A stretch of DNA of 64,000 nucleotides. Origin: Methanobacteriota archaeon. GTDB taxonomy: Archaea > JAADCQ01 > Methanopyri > Methanopyrales > Methanopyraceae. Where the stretch lies: the NCBI GenBank assembly GCA_027064305.1, contig JAMOPY010000023.1, positions 1 to 64,000 of the forward strand. The letters run 5' to 3'. Shown here in pieces: positions 10,333-19,970 of this stretch (within the stretch, counting starts at the first letter, position 1; each line of letters opens with the position of its first letter). The position numbers and the translations under genes are program-made. The notes under the pieces are model-generated. The model was not told the DNA's origin, did not search any database, and saw only the letters and a list, made by a program, of their open reading frames with translations.

Positions 10333-10794
10333 GTGCCGGACACCCTCGTCCTCGCGGTCGACCCGGACCGGTGCCGCGGCTGCAGCAAGTGCGTGAAGGC
10401 CTGCGAGGAGACCCACGGGCACGCGCGCATCTACAAGGTCTCCGAGGACGCACCCCCGGTGACCTGCCTCCAGTGCGACGACCCGCCCTGCGCCGCCGCC
10501 TGCCCGATCGACGCGATCCGGGAGGAGGGTGGGGCGCTGATCGTCACCGAGGACTGCATCGGCTGCGGGCTCTGCGCCGTCGCCTGCCCCTTCGGCGCCA
10601 TCGAGCTCGCGGACGGCCGGGCCGAGAAGTGCACACTCTGCGTGGACGCGCCCAAGAAGGCGCCCGCCTGCGTCGAGGCCTGCGACCGGGGCGCCCTCCG
10701 CCTCCTCTCCAAGTCGGACCTCCCCCGCGAGAAGCGCGAGTGGTTCGCCGAACAGCTCCAACGCGCGCACCGGATCCTGCGGGAAGAGGGGTAG
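10333..10794 (+). CDS. 4Fe-4S dicluster electron-transfer protein (CooF/DmsB-like)
   Basis: Four Cys clusters: CRGCSKCVKAC, CLQCDDPPCAAACP, CIGCGLCAVACP, CTLC...CVEAC. Confidence 0.88.
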   Translation: MPDTLVLAVDPDRCRGCSKCVKACEETHGHARIYKVSEDAPPVTCLQCDDPPCAAACPIDAIREEGGALIVTEDCIGCGLCAVACPFGAIELADGRAEKCTLCVDAPKKAPACVEACDRGALRLLSKSDLPREKREWFAEQLQRAHRILREEG

Positions 10795-10811
10795 CCCGGG
10801 CGAGGGTCCCC

Positions 10812-11558
10812 ATGAAGCTCGGGATCGTCGGGAAGGGGGGCGTGGGCAAGACCACCATCGCCGCCACCCTCGCCAAGCTCCTGGCCGAGCGCGGGCACGA
10901 GGTCCTCGCCGTGGACGCCGACCCCGACCCGGACCTCGCGTACTCGATGGGCCTCGACGAGCCCCCCACCCCGGTCGTCGAGCGGGAGGAGCTCATCCGG
11001 GAGCGGACGGGCGCGCCCCCCGGCGCGACGTTCGGCCCCCTCTTCCGGGTCAACCCGCGCGTCTCGGACCTCCCCGACCGACTCGCCGTCGAGGTCGAGC
11101 CCGGGCTGCGCCTCCTCGTGGTCGGCCGGGTGGAGGACGCCGGCGAGGGCTGCTTCTGCCCCGCGGCCGCCCTCGCGCGCCGGCTGATTCGGCACGTCGT
11201 CGCCGACCGGGGCGAGGCGATCGTCGTGGACACGGACGCGGGCCTGGAGCACTTCGGCCGGCGCGTGCTCGAGGCGGTGGACTGGATTGTCATCGTCTGC
11301 GAGCCCTCGGTCAAGTCCTTCAAGAACGCCCGGGAGTCCGCCCGACTCGCCCGACGGATGGGCGTCGACCGGCTCGCCCTCGTGCGCAACAAGTGGGTGG
11401 AGGGCGTGGAGGGACCCGACGTCGACGCGGACGTCACCGTCACCGTGCCCGAGTCCCCCGGGCTGAAGCGGCTCGAGCTCCAGGGCCGCCCCGTGTGGGA
11501 GGACGAGACCGTCCGCTCGGCGTGCGAGGAGCTCCTGGACGGGATGCTCGAGGCCTGA
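10812..11558 (+). CDS. cooC: Second CooC-type nickel-insertion ATPase
   Basis: MKLGIVGKGGVGKTT, DADPD, GEGCFCP, DTDAGLEHFGR; ATG at 10812. Confidence 0.9.
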   Translation: MKLGIVGKGGVGKTTIAATLAKLLAERGHEVLAVDADPDPDLAYSMGLDEPPTPVVEREELIRERTGAPPGATFGPLFRVNPRVSDLPDRLAVEVEPGLRLLVVGRVEDAGEGCFCPAAALARRLIRHVVADRGEAIVVDTDAGLEHFGRRVLEAVDWIVIVCEPSVKSFKNARESARLARRMGVDRLALVRNKWVEGVEGPDVDADVTVTVPESPGLKRLELQGRPVWEDETVRSACEELLDGMLEA

Positions 11559-11571
11559 CGGGGGTGGACGC

Positions 11572-11796
11572 GTGGCCGAGGACGAGTACACGGTCGAGAT
11601 CGACGAGCGCCTGTGCAAGGGCTGCTTCCTCTGCGTCTGGACCTGCCCCGTGGACGCCCTCCGGGAGTCCGACCGGAGGAACGAGCGGGGGTACCGGCTC
11701 CCCGAGTACGTGGGAGGCTGCCGGGGCTGCCGCCAGTGCGAGCTGATCTGCCCGGACCTCGCCATCGAGGTCAGGAGGAAGGGGGAGGGCTCGTGA
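11572..11796 (+). CDS. korD: 2-oxoglutarate:ferredoxin oxidoreductase delta subunit (ferredoxin)
   Basis: CKGCFLCVWTCP and CRGCRQCELICPDLAI; precedes korA. Confidence 0.88.
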   Translation: MAEDEYTVEIDERLCKGCFLCVWTCPVDALRESDRRNERGYRLPEYVGGCRGCRQCELICPDLAIEVRRKGEGS

Positions 11797-12914
11797 GCGG
11801 ACGGGTCGAGTTCCTGCAGGGTAACGAGGCTTGCGCCGAGGGCGCGATCGCGGCCGGGTGCCGGTTCTTCGCGGGCTACCCGATCACCCCATCCACCGAG
11901 ATCGCCGAGCGCATGAGCGAGCGGCTGCCGGAGGTCGGCGGCGTTTACGTGCAGATGGAGGACGAGATCGGCTCGCTGGCCGCCGTCATCGGCGCCTCCT
12001 GGGCCGGCGTGAAGGCCATGACCGCGACCTCCGGGCCCGGCTTCTCCCTCATGCAGGAGCACATGAGCTTCGCCGCCATGACCGAGACCCCGTGCGTGGT
12101 CGTGAACGTCCAGCGCGGCGGGCCCAGCACCGGCCAGCCCACCAAGGCCTCCCAGTCCGACGTGATGCAGGCCCGCTGGGGCGGTCACGGGGACTACGAG
12201 GTCGTCGCGCTCGCCCCCTCCACCGTCCAGGAGATGTACGACCTCACCGTCGAGTGCTTCAACTGGGCCGAGCGACTGCGCGTCCCCGCGGTCCTCCTCG
12301 CCGACGAGGTCGTCGGGCACATGCGCGAGCGCGTGATCCTGAGGGAGGACGTCGAGACCGTGGACCGCGAGCTGCCGGAGGAGGGGGAGGAGGTCCGGGA
12401 GCCCTTCCCCCTGGAACCGGACGACCTCGTGCCCCCCATGCCCGTGTTCGGGCGCGGGCACCGCGTGCACGTGACCGGCCTGACCCACGACGAGCGGGGC
12501 TACCCCGCCACCGACGACCCCGAGGTGCACCGTCGGCTGGTCCGCCGGCTCTGCAACAAGGTCCGCAAGCGCGCCCGGAGGATCCACGAGAGCGTCGGGT
12601 ACGACCTCATCGAGCGCGAGTCCGACCTGGCCCTCGTGGCCTACGGCGGCTGCGCCCGGACCGTCCTCGAGGCGGCCGAGGAGCTCAACGCCACGGTCTT
12701 CCGCCCCCGGGTCATTCACCCCTTCGACCCGGACCTCGTCCGGAGGCTCCTCGACGGGTACGAGGTGCTCGTCGTCGAGATGAACCTCGGCCAGTACGTC
12801 GAGATGATCGAGCGCGCCCTGGACGCGGAGTGCGTGCACGCCCTCGAGTACCCGGGCGGCTACCCGCCCACCCCGGAGCGCGTGATCGAGGAGGCCGAGC
12901 GCCTCCAGGGGTGA
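11793..12914 (+). CDS. korA: 2-oxoglutarate:ferredoxin oxidoreductase alpha subunit
   Basis: GNEACAEGA, YPITPSTE, QMEDEI, TATSGPG, QRGGPSTG; GTGA overlap start. Confidence 0.93.
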   Translation: MSGRVEFLQGNEACAEGAIAAGCRFFAGYPITPSTEIAERMSERLPEVGGVYVQMEDEIGSLAAVIGASWAGVKAMTATSGPGFSLMQEHMSFAAMTETPCVVVNVQRGGPSTGQPTKASQSDVMQARWGGHGDYEVVALAPSTVQEMYDLTVECFNWAERLRVPAVLLADEVVGHMRERVILREDVETVDRELPEEGEEVREPFPLEPDDLVPPMPVFGRGHRVHVTGLTHDERGYPATDDPEVHRRLVRRLCNKVRKRARRIHESVGYDLIERESDLALVAYGGCARTVLEAAEELNATVFRPRVIHPFDPDLVRRLLDGYEVLVVEMNLGQYVEMIERALDAECVHALEYPGGYPPTPERVIEEAERLQG

Positions 12915-12919
12915 GCCCC

Positions 12920-13726
12920 GTGAACTGGCGGGACCTCATCCGGTGGGAGCGGATGCCGCACATCCTCTGCCCGGGGTGCGGAAACGGGACCATCCTGAAC
13001 GTGCTCGTCCGCGCCCTCGCCGAGAAGTTCGAGGCGGGCGAGCTCGACCCCGACCGGACCGTCCTCGTCTCCGGCATCGGCTGCTCCTCCCGCCTCCCCG
13101 GCTACGTGCGGCTCGACTCCCTCCACACGACCCACGGGCGCCCGCTGGCCTTCGCCACCGGCCTCAAGCTGGCGAACCCCGACCTGGAGATCATCGTCCT
13201 CACCGGCGACGGGGACGCGGCCGCGATCGGCGGGAACCACCTCATCCACGCCGCCCGCCGGAACCTCGACGTGACCGTGATCTGCTCCAACAACCTCATC
13301 TACGGCATGACCGGCGGCCAGGTGAGCCCCACCACGCCGGAGGGCGCCAAGTCCACGACGACCCCGTACGGGAACCCCGAGCCCCCCTTCGACCTCTGCG
13401 AGCTCGTCATGGGGGCCGGCGCCCCCCACGTCGAGCGCTGGACCACGGCGCACCCCCAACAGCTCAAACGGGCCATCCACCGCGCCCTCGAGCGGGACGG
13501 CTTCTCCTTCATCGACGTCCTCTCCCAGTGCCCCACCAACTACGGGCGCCGCAACGACCTGAAGAGCCCCCGCGAGATGCTCGAGTGGCTGAGGGAGAAC
13601 ACGAGCACCAAGGACGAGCCCGGCAAGATCCGAATCGGCATCCTCCGGGACGAGGAGCGCAAACCCTTCCACGAGCGCGTGCACGAGCTCATCGAGGAGG
13701 TGAGCGGCGATGAGGAAGGAGGTTAG
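12920..13726 (+). CDS. korB: 2-oxoglutarate:ferredoxin oxidoreductase beta subunit
   Basis: CPGCGNG, SGIGCSSR, HTTHGR, GDGD...IGGNH, NNLIYGMTGGQ (TPP-binding). Confidence 0.93.
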   Translation: MNWRDLIRWERMPHILCPGCGNGTILNVLVRALAEKFEAGELDPDRTVLVSGIGCSSRLPGYVRLDSLHTTHGRPLAFATGLKLANPDLEIIVLTGDGDAAAIGGNHLIHAARRNLDVTVICSNNLIYGMTGGQVSPTTPEGAKSTTTPYGNPEPPFDLCELVMGAGAPHVERWTTAHPQQLKRAIHRALERDGFSFIDVLSQCPTNYGRRNDLKSPREMLEWLRENTSTKDEPGKIRIGILRDEERKPFHERVHELIEEVSGDEEGG

Positions 13727-14243
13727 AATCAGCGGCTTCGGCGGCCAGGGCGTCATCCTCGCCGGGGTCGTCCTCGGCCGGGCCGCGGCCGTGTACGAGG
13801 GCTACAACGCCGTCCAGACCCAATCCTACGGCCCGGAGGCCCGCGGCGGCGCCTCCCGCTCCGACGTCATCGTCTCGGACGAGGAGATCATGTACCCGTA
13901 CGTGCGACGCCCCCACTACCTCGTCACCATGTCCCAGGAGGCCTACGACCGGTACGCCCCCCAGGTGAGGGAGGACGGTCTCATCGTCTACGACTCCACC
14001 CTCGTCGAGCCCAACGAGGAGCACGACGTCGAGCACGTGGGCGTGCCCGCCACGAGGATCGCCGAGGAACAACTGGGCCTCCGCATCGTCGCCAACATGG
14101 TCATCCTCGGCGCCCTGCGCGAGCTCACCGACCTCGTGTCCGAGGAGGCCCTGAAGCGCGCCGTCCGGGACGCGGTGCCCCCCGGCACCGAGGAGGTCAA
14201 CGTCCGGGCCGTCGAGCAGGGGGCCCGGGGGGTCCGCGAATGA
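13710..14243 (+). CDS. korC: 2-oxoglutarate:ferredoxin oxidoreductase gamma subunit
   Basis: GFGGQGVILAG, QSYGPEARGG, ANMVILGAL. Confidence 0.93.
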   Translation: MRKEVRISGFGGQGVILAGVVLGRAAAVYEGYNAVQTQSYGPEARGGASRSDVIVSDEEIMYPYVRRPHYLVTMSQEAYDRYAPQVREDGLIVYDSTLVEPNEEHDVEHVGVPATRIAEEQLGLRIVANMVILGALRELTDLVSEEALKRAVRDAVPPGTEEVNVRAVEQGARGVRE

Positions 14244-15316
14244 TCCGACTGCTCGAGTACCAGGCGAAGCGGCTCCTGAGAGAGCAGGGCGTCCCCATCC
14301 CCGAGGGCGACCTCGCCCGAACCCCCGAGGAGGCGGCTCGGATCGCCGAACGGATCGACGGCCCGGTGGTCGTGAAGGCCCAGGTGCCCGTGGGGGCCCG
14401 CGGGAAGGCGGGCGGCGTGCTCTTCGCCGACGACCCCCGGGAGGCGCGCGAGGCGGCGGAACGGCTGCTGGGCTCCAAGATCCGGGGTGAGGTGGTGAAG
14501 CAGGTGCTCGTGGAGGAGCGCGTCGACATCGAGGAGGAGTGGTACGTGTCCATCACCCTGGACCGGGCCGAGCGCGTCCCCGTCCTGCTCGTCTCCCGGG
14601 AGGGCGGGGTCGACATCGAGGAGGTCCCGGACGAGAGGATCGCCCGCACGCACGTCGACCCCGTCCTGGGGCTCCGCGGGTTCGAGGCCCGCCGGACCGC
14701 GCTGGAGGCGGAGATACCCAGGCGCCACGCCCCGGCGCTGGAGCGCGTCGCCCTCGCCCTCTACCGGGTGTTCAACGAGTACGACGCCCACCTGGTCGAG
14801 GTCAACCCGCTGGTCCTGACCCGGGACGGGGAGCTCGTCGCCGTCGACGCGGTCGTCAACCTGGACGAGGACGCGGCGTACCTCCGGCACCCCGAGTTCG
14901 CCGAGAAGACCGAGGACTTCCCCTTCGTGGAGCTGGACGGCAACATCGGGATCATCGCGAACGGGGCCGGGCTCACCATGGCCACCATCGACCTGGTCAA
15001 GGACCTCGGGGGCGAGCCCGCCAACTTCCTGGACGTGGGCGGCGGGGCGGACCCCACCCTGATCAAGCGCGCCATCCTCCGGGTCGCCGAGCTGGACGTG
15101 GACGTCATCCTCATCAACATCTTCGGCGGGATCACCCGCTGCGACGAGGTCGCGAAGGGCGTCGTCTCCGTCCTGGAGGACGTGGACATCCCACTCGTCG
15201 TCCGCCTCGTGGGCACGAACGAGGAGGAGGGCCAGCGCATCCTCCGCGAGCACGGGATCGAGGCCTTCACCGACCTGGAGGAGGCCGTGAAGAAGGCCGT
15301 CGAGCTCGCGGGGTGA
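14240..15316 (+). CDS. sucC: Succinyl-CoA synthetase beta subunit
   Basis: [48 protein letters not shown]. Confidence 0.96.
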   Translation: MIRLLEYQAKRLLREQGVPIPEGDLARTPEEAARIAERIDGPVVVKAQVPVGARGKAGGVLFADDPREAREAAERLLGSKIRGEVVKQVLVEERVDIEEEWYVSITLDRAERVPVLLVSREGGVDIEEVPDERIARTHVDPVLGLRGFEARRTALEAEIPRRHAPALERVALALYRVFNEYDAHLVEVNPLVLTRDGELVAVDAVVNLDEDAAYLRHPEFAEKTEDFPFVELDGNIGIIANGAGLTMATIDLVKDLGGEPANFLDVGGGADPTLIKRAILRVAELDVDVILINIFGGITRCDEVAKGVVSVLEDVDIPLVVRLVGTNEEEGQRILREHGIEAFTDLEEAVKKAVELAG

Positions 15317-15321
15317 GCCCC

Positions 15322-16185
15322 GTGATCGACGGCGACACCCGCGTGCTCGTCCAGGGCATCACCGGGCGCCACGGCAGCTTCCACACCAAGCTCATGCTCG
15401 AGTACGGGACGAACGTCGTCGCCGGAGTGACCCCGGGCAAGGGCGGGCAGGAGGTCCACGGGGTCCCCGTCTACGACACGGTCGAGGAGGCCGTGGAGGA
15501 GACCGGGGCCGAGGCCTCCGTCGTCTTCGTCCCCGCCCCGGCCGCCCCCGACGCGGTCATGGAGGCCATCGAGGCCGGGCTGGACCCGATCGTGGTCATC
15601 ACCGAGCACATCCCCGCCCACGACACGATGCGGTTCGTCGAGCTGGCCCGCTGGGAGGGCATCCGGATCATCGGCCCCAACACGCCCGGGCTCATCGTCC
15701 CCCCCGAGCGCACCAAGCTCGGCATCATGCCCCACCACGTGTTCACCGAGGGCGAGGTCGCCGTCGCCTCCCGCAGCGGCACCCTCACGTACGAGATCGT
15801 CCAGTCCATGACGGAGGCCGGGATCGGCCAGTCCCTCTGCGTGGGGCTCGGCGGCGACCAGATCGTCGGCACCACCTTCATCGACTTCCTCGAGTACGTC
15901 CGGGAGGACCGCCGCACCGAGGCCGTCGTCCTCATCGGCGAGATCGGGGGCAACGCGGAGGAGCTCGCCGCCGAGTACATCGTGGAGACCGACTTCCCCA
16001 AACCCGTCGTCGCCTACATCGCCGGCCGCCACGCCCCACCCGGCAAGCGCATGGGCCACGCGGGCGCCATCATCGAGCGGGGCGCCGGCACGGCCGAATC
16101 CAAGATCCGGGCGCTGAGGCGCGCCGGAGCCGACGTCGCCGAGAAGCCCTGGGAGGTCCCCGAGCTCCTCCGGGAGTACCTCTGA
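15322..16185 (+). CDS. sucD: Succinyl-CoA synthetase alpha subunit
   Basis: [22 protein letters not shown], and the RMGHAGA phospho-His motif. Confidence 0.96.
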   Translation: MIDGDTRVLVQGITGRHGSFHTKLMLEYGTNVVAGVTPGKGGQEVHGVPVYDTVEEAVEETGAEASVVFVPAPAAPDAVMEAIEAGLDPIVVITEHIPAHDTMRFVELARWEGIRIIGPNTPGLIVPPERTKLGIMPHHVFTEGEVAVASRSGTLTYEIVQSMTEAGIGQSLCVGLGGDQIVGTTFIDFLEYVREDRRTEAVVLIGEIGGNAEELAAEYIVETDFPKPVVAYIAGRHAPPGKRMGHAGAIIERGAGTAESKIRALRRAGADVAEKPWEVPELLREYL

Positions 16186-16968
16186 ATGAAAGTCTCCGTC
16201 CCCGGCGCCCTCACCTGCTTCTTCTACCCACTCCCGCACCACGACCCCCGACGCGCCGGCTCCATCGGACTCGGCATCGCGATCGAGGACGTCGTGCGCG
16301 TGCGCGCCCGACCCCTCCGCACCGACCGCGTCCGCGTGCGCGCGAACCACCCCGTCGGCGACGAGATCGCCCGCGCCTGCGCCGAGACCCTGGGCACGGG
16401 CCTCAGCGTCCGGTACGAGTTCCGCGCACCCCCCGGCTGCGGGCTCGGAACCAGCGCCGCGTCCGCCCTCGGCACCCTACTGGCCGCCCAACTGCGCCTC
16501 GAGGGGACCGCCGACCCCCGCTGGATCGCCCGCCGCGCCCACGAGATCGAGCTCCAACTCGGCACCGGGCTGGGCGACGTGACCACCATCTGGCACGGGG
16601 GCGCGGTCCTCCGCCTCCGCACCGGCTACCCGGACCGGGTGAAGACGGCGCGCATCCCCCTCCCCGAACGCACCCTCACCGTGGAACGACCCGTCCCCCT
16701 GGACACCCGACGAGAGCTGCCCCGACTGGACCGGAGCCGGCTCGAACCCGCGCTGGCCTACACCCAGCTCCTCACCCGCCGCCCGGACCCCGACCTCGCC
16801 CTCCGCCTCGCCCGCCGGTTCGCCCGACGCCTCGGGCTGAACCCGCCCCGGAACGGCTCCATCGCCCTCCTCAGCCGCACCCGGTTCCGCCCAGGGGACG
16901 AGGGGACGGGACGCCGGTTCCGCGTCTCCCTTCGGCCCTTCCCGAAACTGATATCATTGATCTCCTGA
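16186..16968 (+). CDS. Archaeal pantoate kinase (GHMP family)
   Basis: VPGALTCFF, GSIGLG, PPGCGLGTS, AHEIE..LGTGLGDV; C-terminal half is divergent. Confidence 0.8.
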   Translation: MKVSVPGALTCFFYPLPHHDPRRAGSIGLGIAIEDVVRVRARPLRTDRVRVRANHPVGDEIARACAETLGTGLSVRYEFRAPPGCGLGTSAASALGTLLAAQLRLEGTADPRWIARRAHEIELQLGTGLGDVTTIWHGGAVLRLRTGYPDRVKTARIPLPERTLTVERPVPLDTRRELPRLDRSRLEPALAYTQLLTRRPDPDLALRLARRFARRLGLNPPRNGSIALLSRTRFRPGDEGTGRRFRVSLRPFPKLISLIS

Positions 16969-16990
16969 ACGGTGTTACGGGGTGACACCG

Positions 16991-17167
16991 ATGTGTGAGT
17001 TCCGGGTGCGGCTGGACGGCGAGACGGTGGCCGAGGACGTGCTCTACCTGGAGGTGCAGGAGGACGGGATCCTCCTACGCGACATCACGGGCGAGGAGCG
17101 GTTCATCGAGGGCGCCCGGGTGAAGCGGGTGGACATGGACGAGCACGTGGTGGAACTGGAGCGGTAG
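16991..17167 (+). CDS. cooT: CooT family nickel-binding protein
   Basis: 58 aa with N-terminal MC, EDV...LRDITGE...VDMDEH; sits at the end of the CODH/ACS region. Confidence 0.8.
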   Translation: MCEFRVRLDGETVAEDVLYLEVQEDGILLRDITGEERFIEGARVKRVDMDEHVVELER

Positions 17168-17230
17168 GGCTCGGGGCTCACAGGGCTCTTCATTCGTCCC
17201 CGTCCGTCGGCCTGGAACTCCTCATCGCCC
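17167..17230 (-). ncRNA. Box C/D guide sRNA overlapping the pyrF 3' end
   Basis: Minus strand reads GGGC-G-ATGAGGA(C)-GTTCCAGGCCGA-CGGA(D')-9 nt-ATGAAGA(C')-GCCCTGTGAGCC-CCGA(D)-GCCC. Two 12-nt guides and a 4-bp terminal stem. Confidence 0.8.
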
Positions 17231-17852
17231 GAACCAGATCCTCCACCGCCCGCTCCGGATCCTCGGCCCGGGTGACCGCCCGACCCACGATCTCGAAGTC
17301 GGCCCCGGCCTCCAACGCCGAGCCCGGCTCCGCGCCCTGAGCGCCCACGCCCGGGCTGATTATGACCTTGTCGGTGAGCTCCCGCACCGCGCGCACCTGA
17401 GCCGGCCGCGTGGCCGGGGCCACGAACCCCACCACACCGTCCAGGTGCTCGCAGACCCGAACGACCTCCCGGCACACCGGATCGTAGAACCGTCGCGCCC
17501 CCGGGTGGCTCATCGTCGCCACGACCACGACCGGCGCCTCCCGAGCGCACTCCCGGACGACGTCCCGGCCCACGAACCCGTGCACGATCACGGCGTCCGC
17601 GCCGCGCTCCGACACGGCGGCGACGATGCGCCGCGAGACCTCGGGAATGTCGGCCACCTTCAGGTCCACCAGCACGAAGGACTCCCTCACCGCGCGGGCC
17701 ACCTCCCGCACGCCCTCCGCGCCCGCCTCCAAAACGACGTCGTATCCGATCTTAAACCCGTCCACGCGCCCATCCAGCCGCTCCGCCAGCTCCACCGCCC
17801 GCTCCAGACCCACGTCCAGCGCCACGATGAGGCGCGTCCTCGGCTCGAACAA
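17190..17852 (-). CDS. pyrF: Orotidine 5'-phosphate decarboxylase
   Basis: LIVALD, FKIG, DLKVADIP, MSHPG, PATRP, SPGVGAQG, IVGR; TTG start estimated. Confidence 0.95.
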   Translation of the reverse strand: MFEPRTRLIVALDVGLERAVELAERLDGRVDGFKIGYDVVLEAGAEGVREVARAVRESFVLVDLKVADIPEVSRRIVAAVSERGADAVIVHGFVGRDVVRECAREAPVVVVATMSHPGARRFYDPVCREVVRVCEHLDGVVGFVAPATRPAQVRAVRELTDKVIISPGVGAQGAEPGSALEAGADFEIVGRAVTRAEDPERAVEDLVRAMRSSRPTDGDE

Positions 17853-18333
17853 CCCACCGCACCCCCACGAGCTCACCCGCGTGGTACCCGAGATCGAACG
17901 CCAGCGCGGCCACCGTCACGCCCCAGTCCAAAAGCCCCGCGAGCCACCCCACCACCACGCCCACCTTCAGGACGGGACGCAGACCCCACGGATCCCACGG
18001 ATGCACCAGCTCGTCCACGGCCGCGAGCAGGGCGATCAGGAGGAGCGGGACCGCGCCCGGCCCCCGGGGAGCCAGCAGCACCGCGCCCACGGTGACCGCG
18101 ACCGCGGCGACCCAATGACAGGGCTCGTCGAGCTTCCCCACCACCCCGTTCCCCAGGGTCAGCCCCAGGTAGAGCTCGGGGCCCACCCCCATAGGGACGG
18201 AGGCGACGGCGACCAGCGCGGCGAGCGCCCCGGGCAGCAGCGCGGCGCGCCGCCGACCGGCCCGATCCACCAGGTCGTCGGCCAGCTTCAGCAGCGCCCC
18301 GGAGACCGCGGCCAGCAGCGCCCCGGTCAGCAT
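17752..18333 (-). CDS. Hypothetical integral membrane protein
   Basis: Several hydrophobic segments (KLADD, GKLD..CHW, VDE). The low-complexity tail overlaps the pyrF 5' end by about 100 nt. Confidence 0.65.
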   Translation of the reverse strand: MLTGALLAAVSGALLKLADDLVDRAGRRRAALLPGALAALVAVASVPMGVGPELYLGLTLGNGVVGKLDEPCHWVAAVAVTVGAVLLAPRGPGAVPLLLIALLAAVDELVHPWDPWGLRPVLKVGVVVGWLAGLLDWGVTVAALAFDLGYHAGELVGVRWVVRAEDAPHRGAGRGSGAGGGAGGAAGWARGRV

Positions 18334-19226
18334 CTCCCGATCCCCAGCCGCTGTAGGACGCCCGTTACGAGCAGGGGGAACAGGACCGTGTAGTCGCCGA
18401 TCACCGTGGCCACCTCCGCGTCCTCCCGCACCTTGTCCCAGGACTTACCCTCCTCCAGCGGCGCCCCGCTAAGGCTCCCCGTCTCCGGCCGGTCCATCGT
18501 GATCTGAACCGCGTAATCCAGCCCGCCGCGGAGCATGGCCGCGCCCATCGCGAAGTGCTTGGGCACGCTCCCCCCGAGCATGATCGCGCCCAGCTCATCC
18601 GCCTCGAACACCAGGTCGGCCAGGTGGTGCATGTCGTCCACCAGGTCCAGCTCCAGCCGGTGATCCTGCGCGTACAACCACACGTGCAGCCCGACCATCG
18701 AGTCCAGCAGGCCCGGGGAGTAGACCGGGACCCCCTCCTCGGCCGCGGCCCGCAGGAACCCGTCCTCCAATCGCCGCCCCATCTCCCAGAGCAGCTCCCG
18801 CCCCGAGACCCGCTCGGGCAGGTCCCTCAACACGCCGCGCATGAACCGCTCGAAGCGCTCGAACGCCTCCATGGGCACGTGCACGTCGTACACGCGCCCG
18901 TACCCGTCCACGTTCCTCCGACCCTTGACCACGTGCACGCCGCCCAGGGCCTCCAGCGCGTCGTGCACGACGTTCGCCCCGGACGTGATGACCGCGTCCA
19001 CCAACCCCTCCCGGATGAGCAGCTCGAACAGGTCCCGCAGCCCGCCCGCGACGGCCGGGCCGGCCACCGTCAACAGCACCGTCGCGCCCGAGTCCCACAT
19101 CCGCTCGAGCACCTCCGCCGCGCGCGCCAGCCGACCCGCCCCGAGCGCCCCCACCTCGCCCATGCGCCGCAGGAAGTCGTCCACGCTCATGTCCGGATCG
19201 TACCGGAAGTGCCGCCGCTCGCTCAA
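18327..19226 (-). CDS. dys: Deoxyhypusine synthase
   Basis: ITSGANVVHD, LGGSVPKH, DYAVQIT, GSLSGAPLEEGKSWDK (catalytic Lys); clustered with eif5a. Confidence 0.93.
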   Translation of the reverse strand: MSERRHFRYDPDMSVDDFLRRMGEVGALGAGRLARAAEVLERMWDSGATVLLTVAGPAVAGGLRDLFELLIREGLVDAVITSGANVVHDALEALGGVHVVKGRRNVDGYGRVYDVHVPMEAFERFERFMRGVLRDLPERVSGRELLWEMGRRLEDGFLRAAAEEGVPVYSPGLLDSMVGLHVWLYAQDHRLELDLVDDMHHLADLVFEADELGAIMLGGSVPKHFAMGAAMLRGGLDYAVQITMDRPETGSLSGAPLEEGKSWDKVREDAEVATVIGDYTVLFPLLVTGVLQRLGIGRC

Positions 19227-19936
19227 CCCTCCAAGAACCCCTTCAGGTACTCCCCGATCAGCCGGCAGGCCACGACCGGGGTCACGTGGGACTCCACCTC
19301 CGGGCACAGCTCCACCACGTCCAGGTGCGCGCCCGCGCGACCCGCCTCCCGCACGATCCGCGCCACCTCCTCGAACCCCAGCCCCCCGGGCTCCGGGGTG
19401 GTCACGCCGGGGGCGACCGACGGGTCCAGCGCGTCCAAATCCAGCGACACGTAGTCCGCGCGGCCCGCCGCCTCCACGGCCTCCTCCGGGGAGAGCAGCC
19501 GGAGCCGATCCGACCCCTCCAGCTCCTCCCACTCCCGCCGCGACCAGGCCCGGACGCCGACCAGACCCGCCCTTCCCACGCGCCTCAGGCAGGCGCGCAG
19601 GGCCCCGTCGTGCCGCTCCGAGGGAAGCAGGTCCGGGTGCGCGTCCAACCACAGGAGGCGGCGCGGGCGCAGCCGGGACACGGCCCGCGCGGTAACGGTG
19701 TGATCCCCACCCAGGATCAGGAAGGCCCGGGGCCGGGTGCGCGGACGGAAGTCCGGGAGGTCGCCCTCGTCCACGAGGGTCAGCTCCTCCAGCGGGTCGC
19801 CCAGGCCGGGCTCGAAGAAGTCCAGGCCGCGCGCCGCTCGACGGATCACGCCGGGGGCCCGGGCCTGGCCGCGCGGGTACCCGGGCAGCACGCGCTCCGA
19901 GGGCAGGCCGAGCACGGTGACGTCCGGGGAGCGCAC
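19223..19936 (-). CDS. speB: Agmatinase-like ureohydrolase (short)
   Basis: GGDHT, DAHPD, SLDLDALDP, PGVTTPEPGG, DVVE. Start uncertain: GTG 19936, while the ORF extends to 19996. Confidence 0.85.
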   Translation of the reverse strand: MRSPDVTVLGLPSERVLPGYPRGQARAPGVIRRAARGLDFFEPGLGDPLEELTLVDEGDLPDFRPRTRPRAFLILGGDHTVTARAVSRLRPRRLLWLDAHPDLLPSERHDGALRACLRRVGRAGLVGVRAWSRREWEELEGSDRLRLLSPEEAVEAAGRADYVSLDLDALDPSVAPGVTTPEPGGLGFEEVARIVREAGRAGAHLDVVELCPEVESHVTPVVACRLIGEYLKGFLEG

Positions 19937-19970
19937 GTCCGAGGGGGAGAACGAGAGGGGGAATCGGGGG

